Positions 27,880-39,900 of a DNA stretch of 64,000 nt are shown here, piece by piece; positions within the stretch are counted from its first letter, which is position 1, and each line of letters starts with the position of its first letter. Made by a program: the position numbers and the translations under genes. The notes beneath the pieces are model-generated. The model was not told the DNA's origin. It searched no databases and saw only the letters and a list, made by a program, of their open reading frames with translations. The stretch is from Laetmonice hystrix (lineage: Eukaryota): contig OZ249436.1 in the NCBI GenBank assembly GCA_965235115.1, positions 19,966,001 through 20,030,000 on the forward strand, read 5' to 3'.

Positions 27880-30800
27880 GTGTTTGCATGGCTAGAAGGC
27901 CAGCCGGTAACATGTAGGAATTTCTCACTCTACTGAATGGCCTCCCACACTGCTTGGTCCCACAGTGTATACTGTTTGGCATCACTGTACTCTTTGGCCT
28001 CACTGTAGTGTTCGCTGGGGTGCTAGACCAGCCAGTATACCTCGTAGCGATTCCTCCCTATACTGTTTCGCCTCCCTGTACCGTCTGCTTGTATACAAGA
28101 GTAGCCAGTAGTAATAGGGACGCCTCATGTTTCATGTTTCCATGCCTTTATTGTCCATGAGGCAGGCCATATCTTTCGTCTATCATCTACTCCCATGTAA
28201 TCTGTGTCGCCTACAGACCATCTGTAAGCGTCCGACAACGTTGTCAGGTCGTCCCAATGACTGTTTGCCGTCAAGGTTTAGTTAACAACGGCAAATGACG
28301 CTGTACGCCTTTTCTATATCAGATATCCCATCCCCAAGTAACAAACAAACAAGCAAAGATGACACAGAGATGCTGCAGGCAGTAAACACCAGGGCGGCGG
28401 CGGTGGCGTTGACTGCACTGCCGCCTTCCGACCAGCGGTGGAATCACCACGTACAGCTGGCCGGGATGGCGGGCACCTGTGGCTCTGAGGCGAGAGACAG
28501 GTTAAAGCAATGATCATCGAAAAATGGCTACATTTTTGATACGTCAAATTGAAACTACGCCCCCAAAAATTATGATTCTTAGGCCAGATGTTTAACTGTC
28601 AAACGTATAGGTCTCGTACGTTAGCTACAGATAAATGGTTGTGATCTGTACACTTTCCATTTGAGTACCTTCTCCAGATTTCAACATTAGATGCTCCTCG
28701 CCTGTACCTTTCATTTCCACTACCTCACTGTAGTGTTTGCATGGCTAGAAGGCCAGCCGGTAAGATGTAGGGATTTCTTACTCTACTGAATGGCCTCCCA
28801 CACTGCTTGGCCCCACAGTGTATACTGTTTGGCCTCTCTGCTCTTTGGCCTCACTGTAGTGTTCGCTGGGATGCTAGACCAGCCAGTATACCTCGTAGCG
28901 ATTCCTCCCTGTACTGTTTGGCCTCCCTGTACCGTCTCCTTGTATACAAGAGTAGCCAGTTGTATAGGAACGCCTCATGTTTCATGTTTTCATGCCTTTA
29001 TTGTCCATGAGGCAGGCCATACTTTTCGTCTATCATCTACTCCCATGTAATCTGTTTCGCCTACAGACCATCTGTAAGCGTCTGACAACGTTGTCAGGTC
29101 GTCCCAATGACTGTTTGCCGTCAAGGTTTAGTTAACAACGGCAAATGACGCTGTACGCCTTTTCTATATCAGATATCCCATCCCCAAGTAACAAACAAAC
29201 AAGCAAAGATGACACAGAGATGCTGCAGGCAGTAAACACCAGGGCGGCGGCGGTGGCGTTGACTGCACTGCCGCCTTCCGGCCAGCGGTGGAATCACCAC
29301 CTACAGCTGGCCGGGATGGCGGGCACCTGTGGCTCTGAGGCGAGAGACAGGTTAAAGCAATGATAATCGAAAAATGTCTACATTTTTGATAAGTCAAATT
29401 GAAACTACGCCCCCCAAAATTATGATTCTTAGGCCAGATGTATAACTGTCAAACGTATAGGTCTCGTACGTTCGCTACAGATAAATGGTTGTGATCTGTA
29501 CACTTTCCATTTGAGTATCTTCTCCAGATTTTAACATTAGATGCTCCTCGCCTGTACCTTTCATTTCCACTACCTCACTGTAGTGTTTGCATGGCTAGAA
29601 GGCCAGCCGGTAAGATGTAGGGATTTCTCACTCTACTGAATGGCCTCCCACACTGCTTGGCCCCACAGTGTATACTGTTTGGCCTCACTGTACTCTTTGG
29701 CCTCACTGTAGTGTTCGCTGGGGTGCTAGACCAGCCAGTATACCTCGTAGCGATTCCTCCCTGTACTGTTTGGCCTCCCTGTACCGTCTGCTTGTATACA
29801 AGAGTAGCCAGTAGTATAGGGACGCCTCATGTTTCATGTTTCCATGCCTTTATTGTCAATGAGGCAGGCCATACCTTTCGTCTGTCATCTACTCCCATGT
29901 AATCTGTGTCGCCTACAGACCATCTGTAAGCGTCCGACAACGTTGTCAGGTCGCCCCAATGACTGTTTGCCGTCAAGGTTTAGTTAACAACGGCAAATGA
30001 CGCTGTACGCCTTTTCTATATCAGATATCCCATCCCCAAGTAACAAACAAACAAGCAAAGATGACACAGAGATGCTGCAGGCAGAAAACACCAGGGCGGC
30101 GGCGGTGGCGTTGACTGCACTGCCGCCTTCCGGCCAGCGGTGGAATCACCACGTACAGCTGGCCGGGATGGCGGGCACCTGTGGCTCTGAGGCGAGAGAC
30201 AGGTTAAAGCAATGATAATCGAAAAATGGCTACATTTCTAATACGTCAAATTGAAACTACGCCCCCCAAAATTATGATTCTTAGGCCAGATGTATAACTG
30301 CTGTCAAACGTATAGGTCTCGTACGTTCGCTACAGATAAATGGTTGTGATCTGTACACTTTCCATTTGAGTATCTTCTTCAGATTTTAACATTAGATGCT
30401 CCTCGCCTGTACCTTTCATTTCCACTACCTCACTGTAGTGTTTGCATGGCTAGAAGGCCAGCCGGTAACATGTAGGAATTTCTCACTCTACTGAATGGCC
30501 TCCCACACTGCTTGGCCCCACAGTGTATACTGTTTGGCATCACTGTACTCTTTGGCCTCACTGTAGTGTTCGCTGGGGTGCTAGACCAGCCAGTATACCT
30601 CGTAGCGATTCCTCCCTATACTGTTTGGCCTCCCTGTACCGTCTGCTTGTATACAAGAGTAGCCAGTAGTATAGGGACGCCTCATGTTTCATGTTTCCAT
30701 GCCTTTATTGTCAATGAGGCAGGCCATACCTTTCGTCTGTCATCTACTCCCATGTAATCTGTGTCGCCTACAGACCATCTGTAAGCGTCCGACAACGTTG

Positions 30801-33663
30801 TCAGGTCGCCCCAATGACTGTTTGCCGTCAAGGTTTAGTTAACAACGGCAAATGACGCTGTACGCCTTTTCTATATCAGATATCCCATCCCCAAGTAACA
30901 AACAAACAAGCAAAGATGACACAGAGATGCTGCAGGCAGAAAACACCAGGGCGGCGGCGGTGGCGTTGACTGCACTGCCGCCTTCCGGCCAGCGGTGGAA
31001 TCACCACGTACAGCTGGCCGGGATGGCGGGCACCTGTGGCTCTGAGGCGAGAGACAGGTTAAAGCAATGATCATCGAAAAATGGCTACATTTTTGATACG
31101 TCAAATTGAAACTACGCCCCCAAAATTATGATTCTTAGGCCAGATGTTTAACTGTCAAACGTATAGGTCTCGTACGTTAGCTACAGATAAATGGTTGTGA
31201 TCTGTACACTTTCCATTTGAGTACCTTCTCCAGATTTCAACATTAGATGCTCCTCGCCTGTACCTTTCATTTCCACTACCTCACTGTAGTGTTTGCATGG
31301 CTAGAAGGCCAGCCGGTAAGATGTAGGGATTTCTTACTCTACTGAATGGCCTCCCACACTGCTTGGCCCCACAGTGTATACTGTTTGGCCTCACTGCTCT
31401 TTGGCCTCACTGTAGTGTTCGCTGGGATGCTAGACCAGCCAGTATACCTCGTAGCGATTCCTCCCTGTACTGTTTGGCCTCCCTGTACCGTCTCCTTGTA
31501 TACAAGAGTAGCCAGTTGTATAGGAACGCCTCATGTTTCATGTTTTCATGCCTTTATTGTCCATGAGGCAGGCCATACTTTTCGTCTATCATCTACTCCC
31601 ATGTAATCTGTTTCGCCTACAGACCATCTGTAAGCGTCCGACAACGTTGTCAGGTCGTCCCAATGACTGTTTGCCGTCAAGGTTTAGTTAACAACGGCAA
31701 ATGACGCTGTACGCCTTTTCTATATCAGATATCCCATCCCCAAGTAACAAACAAACAAGCAAAGATGACACAGAGATGCTGCAGGCAGTAAACACCAGGG
31801 CGGCGGCGGTGGCGTTGACTGCACTGCCGCCTTCCGGCCAGCGGTGGAATCACCACCTACAGCTGGCCGGGATGGCGGGCACCTGTGGCTCTGAGGCGAG
31901 AGACAGGTTAAAGCAATGATAATCGAAAAATGGCTACATTTTTGATACGTCAAATTGAAACTACGCCCCCAAAAATTATGATTCTTAGGCCAGATGTATA
32001 ACTGTCAAACGTATAGGTCTCGTACGTTCGCTACAGATAAATGGTTGTGATCTGTACACTTTCCATTTGAGTATCTTCTCCAGATTTTAACATTAGATGC
32101 TCCTCGCCTGTACCTTTCATTTCCACTACCTCACTGTAGTGTTTGCATGGCTAGAAGGCCAGCCGGTAAGATGTAGGGATTTCTCACTCTACTGAATGGC
32201 CTCCCACACTGCTTGGCCCCACAGTGTATACTGTTTGGCCTCACTGTACTCTTTGGCCTCACTGTAGTGTTCGCTGGGGTGCTAGACCAGCCAGTATACC
32301 TCGTAGCGATTCCTCCCTGTACTGTTTGGCCTCCCTGTACCGTCTGCTTGTATACAAGAGTAGCCAGTAGTATAGGGACGCCTCATGTTTCATGTTTCCA
32401 TGCCTTTATTGTCAATGAGGCAGGCCATACCTTTCGTCTGTCATCTACTCCCATGTAATCTGTGTCGCCTACAGACCATCTGTAAGCGTCCGACAACGTT
32501 GTCAGGTCGCCCCAATGACTGTTTGCCGTCAAGGTTTAGTTAACAACGGCAAATGACGCTGTACGCCTTTTCTATATCAGATATCCCATCCCCAAGTAAC
32601 AAACAAACAAGCAAAGATGACACAGAGATGCTGCAGGCAGAAAACACCAGGGCGGCGGCGGTGGCGTTGACTGCACTGCCGCCTTCCGGCCAGCGGTGGA
32701 ATCACCACGTACAGCTGGCCGGGATGGCGGGCACCTGTGGCTCTGAGGCGAGAGACAGGTTAAAGCAATGATAATCGAAAAATGGCTACATTTCTAATAC
32801 GTCAAATTGAAACTACGCCCCCCAAAATTATGATTCTTAGGCCAGATGTATAACTGCTGTCAAACGTATAGGTCTCGTACGTTCGCTACAGATAAATGGT
32901 TGTGATCTGTACACTTTCCATTTGAGTAACTTCTTCAGATTTCAACATTAGATGCTCCTCGCCTGTACCTTTCATTTCCACTACCTCACTGTAGTGTTTG
33001 CATGGCTAGAAGGCCAGCCGGTAAGATGTAGGAATTTCTCACTCTACTGAATGGCCTCCCACACTGCTTGGCCCCACAGTGTATACTGTTTGGCATCACT
33101 GTACTCTTTGGCCTCACTGTAGTGTTCGCTGGGGTGCTAGACCAGCCAGTATACCTCGTAGCGATTCCTCCCTGTACTGTTTGGCCTCCCTGTACCGTCT
33201 GCTTGTATACAAGAGTAGCCAGTAGTATAGGGACGCCTCATGTTTCATGTTTCCATGCCTTTATTGTCAATGAGGCAGGCCATACCTTTCGTCTGTCATC
33301 TACTCCCATGTAATCTGTGTCGCCTACAGACCATCTGTAAGCGTCCGACAACGTTGTCAGGTCGTCCCAATGACTGTTTGCCGTCAAGGTTTAGTTAACA
33401 ACGGCAAATGACGCTGTACGCCTTTTCTATATCAGATATCCCATCCCCAAGTAACAAACAAACAAGCAAAGATGACACAGAGATGCTGCAGGCAGAAAAC
33501 ACCAGGGCGGCGGCGGTGGCGTTGACTGCACTGCCGCCTTCCGGCCGGCGGTGGAATCACCACGTATACAGTTGGCCGGGATGCGAATTTTTTTTCCCCA
33601 CATTAGTTCTGGACCCCCCATTTTCATACAGCCAATCAGAAACAGGCACACATATGGCTATGG

Positions 33664-33899
33664 TATGGAATACCGGCGACGACATGCGAGATGCAAGACA
33701 GTGTGTTTGGGTTAGGGTAAAGGTTAGGCCTAGGGTTAGTGTTAGTTTTCACTTTAGGGAAAGTTTAGCCCCCAAATTAGGCTATTGTTAAATAGGCACG
33801 TGGATCGTGATGTCGGTGTCAATAAGAAACATTCTATGTGCTAAATTGACACTGTTCGGTTCTATGTCGCTTCTCGCATGTCGTCGCCGGTATTCCATA
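33664..33899. mobile_element. MITE with 28 bp perfect inverted termini (including flanking TA) and internal degenerate TTAGGG repeats
   Basis: TATGGAATACCGGCGACGACATGCGAGA (33664-33691) is the reverse complement of 33872-33899. The interior contains GGGTTAGGGTAAAGGTTAGGCCTAGGGTTAGTGTTAG. Confidence 0.85.
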
Positions 33900-33901
33900 G
33901 T

Positions 33902-34352
33902 TGTACGCCTTTCCTATATCAGATATCCCATCCCCAAGTAAAACAAAATTACAGAGATGTTGCAGGCAACCGCCAGGGTACTGCGGCTACGACTGCGCTG
34001 CTACCTTCCGGCTACCGGTGGAATCACCACGTATATCTGGCCGGGCTGGCAGGCACCTGTGGCTCAGAGGCGAGAGACAGGTTAATACAATGGTAATCGA
34101 AAAATGGCTACATTTTTGATACGTCAAATTGAAACTACGCTCCCAAAATTATGATTCTTAGGCCAGATGTATAACTCTCAAACCTATAGATCTTCTACAT
34201 CTCGTACGTTCGCTACAGATAAATGGTTGTGATATGTATACTTCCTATTTGAGTATCTTCTCCACATTTTAACATTAGATGCTCCTCGCCCGACCTTTCA
34301 TTTCCACTACCTCGCTGTACTATTTACATGGCTACTATAATCGGCCATCGGT
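33902..34352. repeat. Diverged single partial copy of the satellite monomer (second half plus junction), candidate progenitor or relic
   Basis: Colinear with the monomer from TGTACGCCTT through CACTACCTC and CATGGCTA, with far more substitutions and indels than any array copy. Confidence 0.85.
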
Positions 34353-34464
34353 GGTCGAGCAGGACAATGGACCCTCCCCCCTACACACATCTTCCGAAAT
34401 GAGACGAAATCCATATTTTCCTAGATAGAGCTACACATGAGTTCTACCGAACATTGACTGTTAA

Positions 34465-35288
34465 AAGAAAAGACCATCGCCAGTCTGTACAGGCCAGGCA
34501 CACATGCCGTGATATTCCAAGCAAGTTAAATAATATTTGAACACAATTGGTGCTCAGATGGTTAAGATATAAGCACTTTAGTGCCGGAGGCTTCTTACAA
34601 CCTGCTCAGCTGGTGATGGCGGCCATTAGCTGTCTGCTCGTTGGGCTAATCTCAAATTGCGCATGCTCGACCTAGGCCTGACCAATCACAGCACCACTGC
34701 TCTCCAGTTTGGGAGGAACGAAAAACTGACGCACCTGTTGCGTTGAGCGAACGTTGACAGCTTATTTATAGACTATAAGCAAAATTTGTTAGAACATCGA
34801 CGAAAACCATCGATCATAGCGATATGAGGAATGGCCGCCGGCATTCGTCCCGCTCGGAGCCGGAGCGGCGGAGGTGATGTTGACGGGGCTTCCAGGGCCA
34901 CTGGGCCAGGCCCTAACAGTGGCTTCGACCGCGGGCGGGTGCTGGCAGTGTCAGGCTCCTGTGTCAGCACAGACCTGCTTTAGTTGTGACTGTGACTGTG
35001 GGACTGACCCCCGTTGATTTTACCACGCGCCTCGGCTGCCTTTAGGCCTACTTTAGTCTAGTCTAGCCTAGCCCCGGCATGCAGATTAGCCCGGGAACGT
35101 CACTTTCGGCCAGCCCAATAGCAACAAATGACTGCGCCGCTGAAGCCAGTGATTTTGACACGATTGTCATGTTCAACATTTGACTTCTTGGAATGGGGGG
35201 ACATTTATTTCCAACCACTACTCTGAAAGGTGAGTGTATATAGAGGCCTTGCAGCTGTCCAAATGTGATTTTTGACTGGTCTTCTCCT
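34465..35288. mobile_element. Non-autonomous Kolobok-like DNA transposon (824 bp) with TTAA target-site duplication
   Basis: TTAA at 34461-34464 and 35289-35292. Termini AAGAAAAGACCA and revcomp AGGAGAAGACCA match 10/12. The array's 334 bp units show the empty site ...TTGACTG-TTAA-GGTAATCC. Superfamily is inferred from the TTAA TSD plus purine-purine termini. Confidence 0.72.
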
Positions 35289-35292
35289 TTAA

Positions 35293-35516
35293 GGTAATCC
35301 TGGCACGTGGCGTAGACTGTATTTTTCTTTTTTGAAATGCACGGGCATCAGGGGTAACCCAATTACTTTGACAATGTCCCTAAAGAGAAAAGTTGTATAG
35401 TCCTCTACAGGAATCGAACCCCGGCCCCAAGATTACTGCACCCATTCGCATAGCATAAGGTGTCGACACCCATGCCCACTCGGCCACCGCCACTCCCCTA
35501 AAAAAGGAGCTTTGGT
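35293..35516 (-). mobile_element. Solo tRNA-derived SINE-like or pseudo-tRNA element
   Basis: A box TGGCCGAGTGG (35476-35486) and B box GGTTCGATTCC (35410-35420) on the - strand. The acceptor stem cannot form, so this is not a functional tRNA. Confidence 0.7.
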
Positions 35517-35867
35517 TTGGCCTCCGCCAATGGTAACCATCGGGCAAAAACATATGGCCTACTATATATAGGGTGACCGGGCACCACGGACACCTAAATT
35601 TCATTAGGCAATTTCTCCGAAGTTAGCCTATTAAAGATAGAACCCTAGAACTGGTTTGGCCCAACACATACTTAGGCCTAATGCATACGTGTATTCAGAA
35701 AGTAAAAGCAATATTTAAAAAATAGGAAAACTGAAAATTGAATTTTAATTTTTTGGAGGAAGTGTTCATGGTGCCCCAGGCATACGATCTTCATAGGTGG
35801 CGCCGCGTATGTTTGGAGGGATATTTTGACGTTAAAAATCAAAGTGTTGCCCCACTGTCCATGGTGC

Positions 35868-36001
35868 CCGGGGCCCGGTTCACAAACAAAGTCAAGTCAG
35901 TTTTAATTGACTTGAAGTCCATTTTACTTGAATCTGATTGGTTAAAATGGATTTCAAGTTAATTAAAATTGACTTGACTTTGTTTGCGAACTGGGCCCCG
36001 G
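35868..36001. mobile_element. Palindromic MITE (~134 bp)
   Basis: CCGGGGCCCGGTTCACAAACAAAGTCAAGTCAGTTTTAATTGACTTGAAGTCCATTTTA is an imperfect inverted repeat of TAAAATGGATTTCAAG...GAACTGGGCCCCGG. Confidence 0.8.
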
Positions 36002-36011
36002 TCTCCCTATC

Positions 36012-36224
36012 AAGGGCCTTATCCACTAAGACGATTTTCCTTGCGACGCCCACGCGATTTTGACATCACCCTTTTATTTTACTGTTATTTTGAGATTAAA
36101 GGATGGAACCCATTTCCTTAAACAGGAAACGCCAGCCAGGAAAGATTTCAGCATGAAATTCCACCATTAAATCAAAAATCGCATGGCCGTCGCAAGGTGA
36201 ATCGGCTTAGTGGATAAGGCCCTT
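36012..36224. mobile_element. MITE with ~50 bp imperfect TIRs
   Basis: AAGGGCCTTATCCACTAAGACGATTTTCCTTGCGACG ... CGTCGCAAGGTGAATCGGCTTAGTGGATAAGGCCCTT. Confidence 0.8.
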
Positions 36225-36892
36225 CAGGGGCCTTGATAACATTGTCATGGATTTTAATATGGATTCCCCCCTTCTCATAGCAAAACCATATCTAGGCATA
36301 GGCCTATAAAGCATGTGCCCGGGGAGCCGGGGGCAGGGGTAGAATTTGCTACGGAAGGCGGGGGGTGGGGGTGGGGGTGGGGGGTTCAGCAGCCATGGTC
36401 AATTCAGAAAGGTCTATTGAGGAAAAAGAAAAATTGGTTCCCATGTCTGGGGTTCACCCCACACCTTCAATGGATCCACCCTCGTCCTCCGCTCCATGTC
36501 GTTCCCTTCAATCAATGGACTTCTACTTTCACCCGTTTCACAACATTTCGTAAGGTAAATTGTATCGTGAAAGCCAATGTGGGCAACGTTGTCAAACGCA
36601 CCCTGGCGGGCATGTGTAATTTTGACACTAGGGGGCACTTATAGACTCTAGATGTGAAAACCATTTTGCCCCCCCCCCCCCTTCTTCGTCTTTCCTTCTA
36701 TCGTCTGAAACTACTAGACCCTCTATAGGCCTACAGCAAAAGGCCTAAATCAAACTTCATATCCCCCCCTCCCCCTCAAAACAAAAAAATAGCAGAAAAA
36801 AAGTGATAGAATCTAGACATTGGATTAACCATCAGTTTAAGAATCAGATCTTATTGATTTCGGCCTTCTGATAACACTAGGATTGGTAGCTG

Positions 36893-36908
36893 GTGCCACC
36901 TGGTGGCA
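36893..36908. promoter_or_regulatory. CTCF-like motif just upstream of the paralogue B start codon
   Basis: GTGCCACCTGGTGGCA; the reverse complement CCACCAGGTGGCAC matches the CTCF core consensus. Related motifs occur at ~41979 and ~42027, upstream of paralogue C. Confidence 0.45.
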
Positions 36909-36935
36909 GTATTACGACTATCTCAATCGAGGAAA

Positions 36936-39900
36936 ATGGCGACCGGTGGCGGCAAGTTTGTATGTAGAGCTCGTCTTAAAGCAAATAAGCAGCCTTGTTA
37001 AGTTGTAATAACTACTGGGTGTGCGTCGCAATTGAGACACTATTCAGAGTTGCATTGGAACAGAATATTGAGTCAAAGGGCCGATTTATAATTCATAATT
37101 ACGAACATGGAGGCTAGCCCTGCATGTCTGATTTCCACTCAGCTGATCACCTGTCCTGATGCTGCTGTAGTGTACTAGGCCTACCTTAAAGTTAGTGTAG
37201 TCTTCTCAGCCAGGCTGATGATTAGGAAACCAAGTGTTGGAGCTTAGTGCCGTGCCTCAATTACCAGCCAGTTTATTATTATGGTAAAAGGTAGGCCTAC
37301 TGCACAGGGCCAGTAGGCCGGCCACTAGGCCCCCTAGTTTAATTAATTAATTAATTAGTAATTAGGCTAATAGTAATTTTATGGCAGTGTAGGCCTTTAT
37401 TTGGCCGGCAATGGCTAAAAAGGATTATCTTAGTTTGACTAATTACCGAATCCAAACAAATTGCTTGGGTTAGGGTCCGGCCATGGAGTGTTAGTTTAAT
37501 TTTTGTCTCAAATTAGGTGTTAATTAGTACCTTTTAATGGGGGGGGGGGGGAAATGGGGGGCACGTGCCCCCCCCCCCCCTGGTAAAACTGGGAACCCGT
37601 GTAATATTTCCCAGGAAATTAGGCCTCCCAGGAAATTAGGCCTTCAGTGCTTGCCCCCTCCCCCCTCCCCAGAAACACCCTGTGGCCCCCGGCAACGACC
37701 CCTCTGGATCTGCCCCTGAGGATAGAAAATTAATGGTATGACCCTGCCAATTGCCACCTCAATATACTCTGCCTAATTTTATTGGGGCCCTCATATATAA
37801 TCCTTAATTAATTTATTTAATTAGATCATGTTCCACTACAGGCACTACACTACCAGGCAAGGTCCCCCCCCCCCCCCCCCCCCCAATATTAGACCTGACT
37901 GTTCTTCTGCTGACTGCATAAAAATAGGTCGAATGGGATGGTCAAGTAGGGGGGAAGCCCCAGTAGGCATCTACATTTTTTCCCATAGAGCTTTCTTCAT
38001 CGACCCAGGACGCCATTTGCTCTGTTTCCCCTCCCCCTTTGAACCTTTCTTATTAAATGATCCAGCGTTTTTGTGCCTTTCAGAATAAGGTTTGTTGGTA
38101 TTTCAACAATGGAAGATGTTTGTTTGGAGAAAGCTGTCGTAATGAGCATGTTTTCGTGGATCCACTTGAAATTAATCCTCGATGCAAATTCTACAGGTTT
38201 GTTATAATTTCATAGAATTCTGGAAGTATTAATTAAGAGGAAGCACTTGCTTACCTATCGTGATTTTGCCCAGTCTTCAAGTATACACTGCATCGGATTA
38301 ATTATTAAGATTTTCTGCATTAGACATTGAATCGGTTTCTGAATAATAAGTAACAAGATACAGGGTACAATCTCTATGATTTCAGAACCCCAAGTGGATG
38401 CCGTAATGGAAACAGATGCAGTTATCGACACGATAATGTAGACAGCACCCTGACCAGTCTGGAAAGTTCTGTGAAGAAGGAGGGCTCAGATGAACATGAT
38501 ACAACAGATTCTGATTCGGGTGTCCCAGATCTAATTGATGACAACTTACAGCAGGATCATTCTTCTGCCAACACAGCAACAAATGATCAAGCAGGAATCA
38601 AAGAAGAGGACAAATCTACCGGGGAACTAGATGAAGAGCTTGAACATGTGAGCCAAAATCGGATGACTTTCCTGAATTCAAAATGCTTTAAATTTAAGGG
38701 GGGATTATGAAAAGACTCGCAAGAATTTCATGACCTGATGTCTTGAAAAATGTGTTTGGTTATTGATGATGATGATAAAATTGACTTCCAGGCTTCAGAT
38801 GTAGATAGTGATGATGTTGCTGCCATGAGAAAACGGATTTTGGGTTTATCATGTGGTAAGTATCAATTATTTAAATAACCATTTACTGATATTACCTAAT
38901 AAATGAATCAAGTCAATATTATGTGTTATAGTAAAGTCTTCATACTCATTCCTGTAACCTGTGGCTCAGATGTGTACCAGATGGACACTTAGCTTCATTC
39001 AAAGGTAGAATAGAAGTTGACACTGGTCAGACTTTTTCTCCTTTGTTTGGTAAAAAGATACATTGCAGTCACTGGATGTGACTGCTATGTCACATTATTT
39101 CACTGCTGTTGATGTGATGATGATCCTGGAGCAAAGACTTATAATATTCTTGGCCCTTAGCCCACAGTATTCTACTAGGTGTACATGTATACCGTAAATA
39201 CTCTCTCTAGAAACCAAGGGCTGGTGACAAGAACAGTTTAATGTGGATCCTTCATTGTGTTTAAGGAGAATGTGGGAAGGAATTTCCAGAGACACCGTCC
39301 AACTTTGAGGAACTGTGTGACCATTATGTGGAGAAGCTCCTGACAAGAGATCCTGAGCACATCGAGTACTTCGAAGGGGATCCAGACTTCAAGCAGCATC
39401 GATTTCTCTGCTCCTACTGTGAGAGGGTAACTAGTCAACTTCTCTAGTTGAAGTTGATACTAGCAGATATAGACCGAGAACTAGAGCAACGAGTCAGTCT
39501 TTGAAGAATAACAGTGCAGTAATGATGTGTAGATTTACGATGTTTATGATGTCCCTTCTAAGTGAAAACTTTTCAGGCAAGTGTTTCATTACATTTGTAG
39601 TTCTTGGTTTATCATTTTGCAGAGGTTTCCCAAGCTGGTGTCATATCTGCAACATATGAAATCAAAGATTGAATCAGGCAAAGAAATGGAAAAGGATGTT
39701 CACAAGACAATAATGGAGTCTTATGGTGACTTATTTACAGGTAGATATGGAAAAATCAAAATTTGTGAGAAAAACATTTTTCTTGCAGATTTTATAGAAT
39801 AGAAGCCTGCATCAGTCTGAAAATAATTTAGAATTGTCTAATTTAGTACTATTTGTGTAGGCTGTCTGAAATAACTTGTATTACTACTGGTATGTTGAAA

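Larger units (their letters stand above)
7526..31070. repeat. 9478 bp higher-order repeat (10 monomers plus a 957 bp insert), ~2.5 copies, containing a nested 3407 bp 4-monomer duplication
   Basis: Diagnostic variants recur at +9478 (7526/17004/26482; 8998/18476/27954; 9834/19312/28790) and at +3407 (9339/12746, 10189/13596, 11041/14448, 11896/15303). Boundaries are approximate. Confidence 0.92.
1820..33583. repeat. Large satellite array: 34 tandem monomers of ~849-857 bp (last one truncated) with higher-order structure
   Basis: The same 72-codon frame recurs at 2248, 3103, 3960, 4969 ... 32553, 33408 (34 times). The monomer starts ACTACCTCACTGTAGTGTTTGCATGG at 1820, 2675 and onward. Copies differ only by scattered SNPs and 1-3 bp indels. 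Confidence 0.98.

Noticed and set aside
1820..33583. CRISPR-like array
   Set aside because: Eukaryotic context, ~850 bp units with no unique spacers, and no cas genes.
33709..33760. True or interstitial telomere
   Set aside because: Only a few degenerate TTAGGG units, enclosed within MITE inverted repeats.
35400..35495. Functional tRNA gene
   Set aside because: A and B boxes are present, but the acceptor stem (GTGGCGG versus AGAGGAC) and anticodon arm do not fold; treated as a tRNA-derived element.
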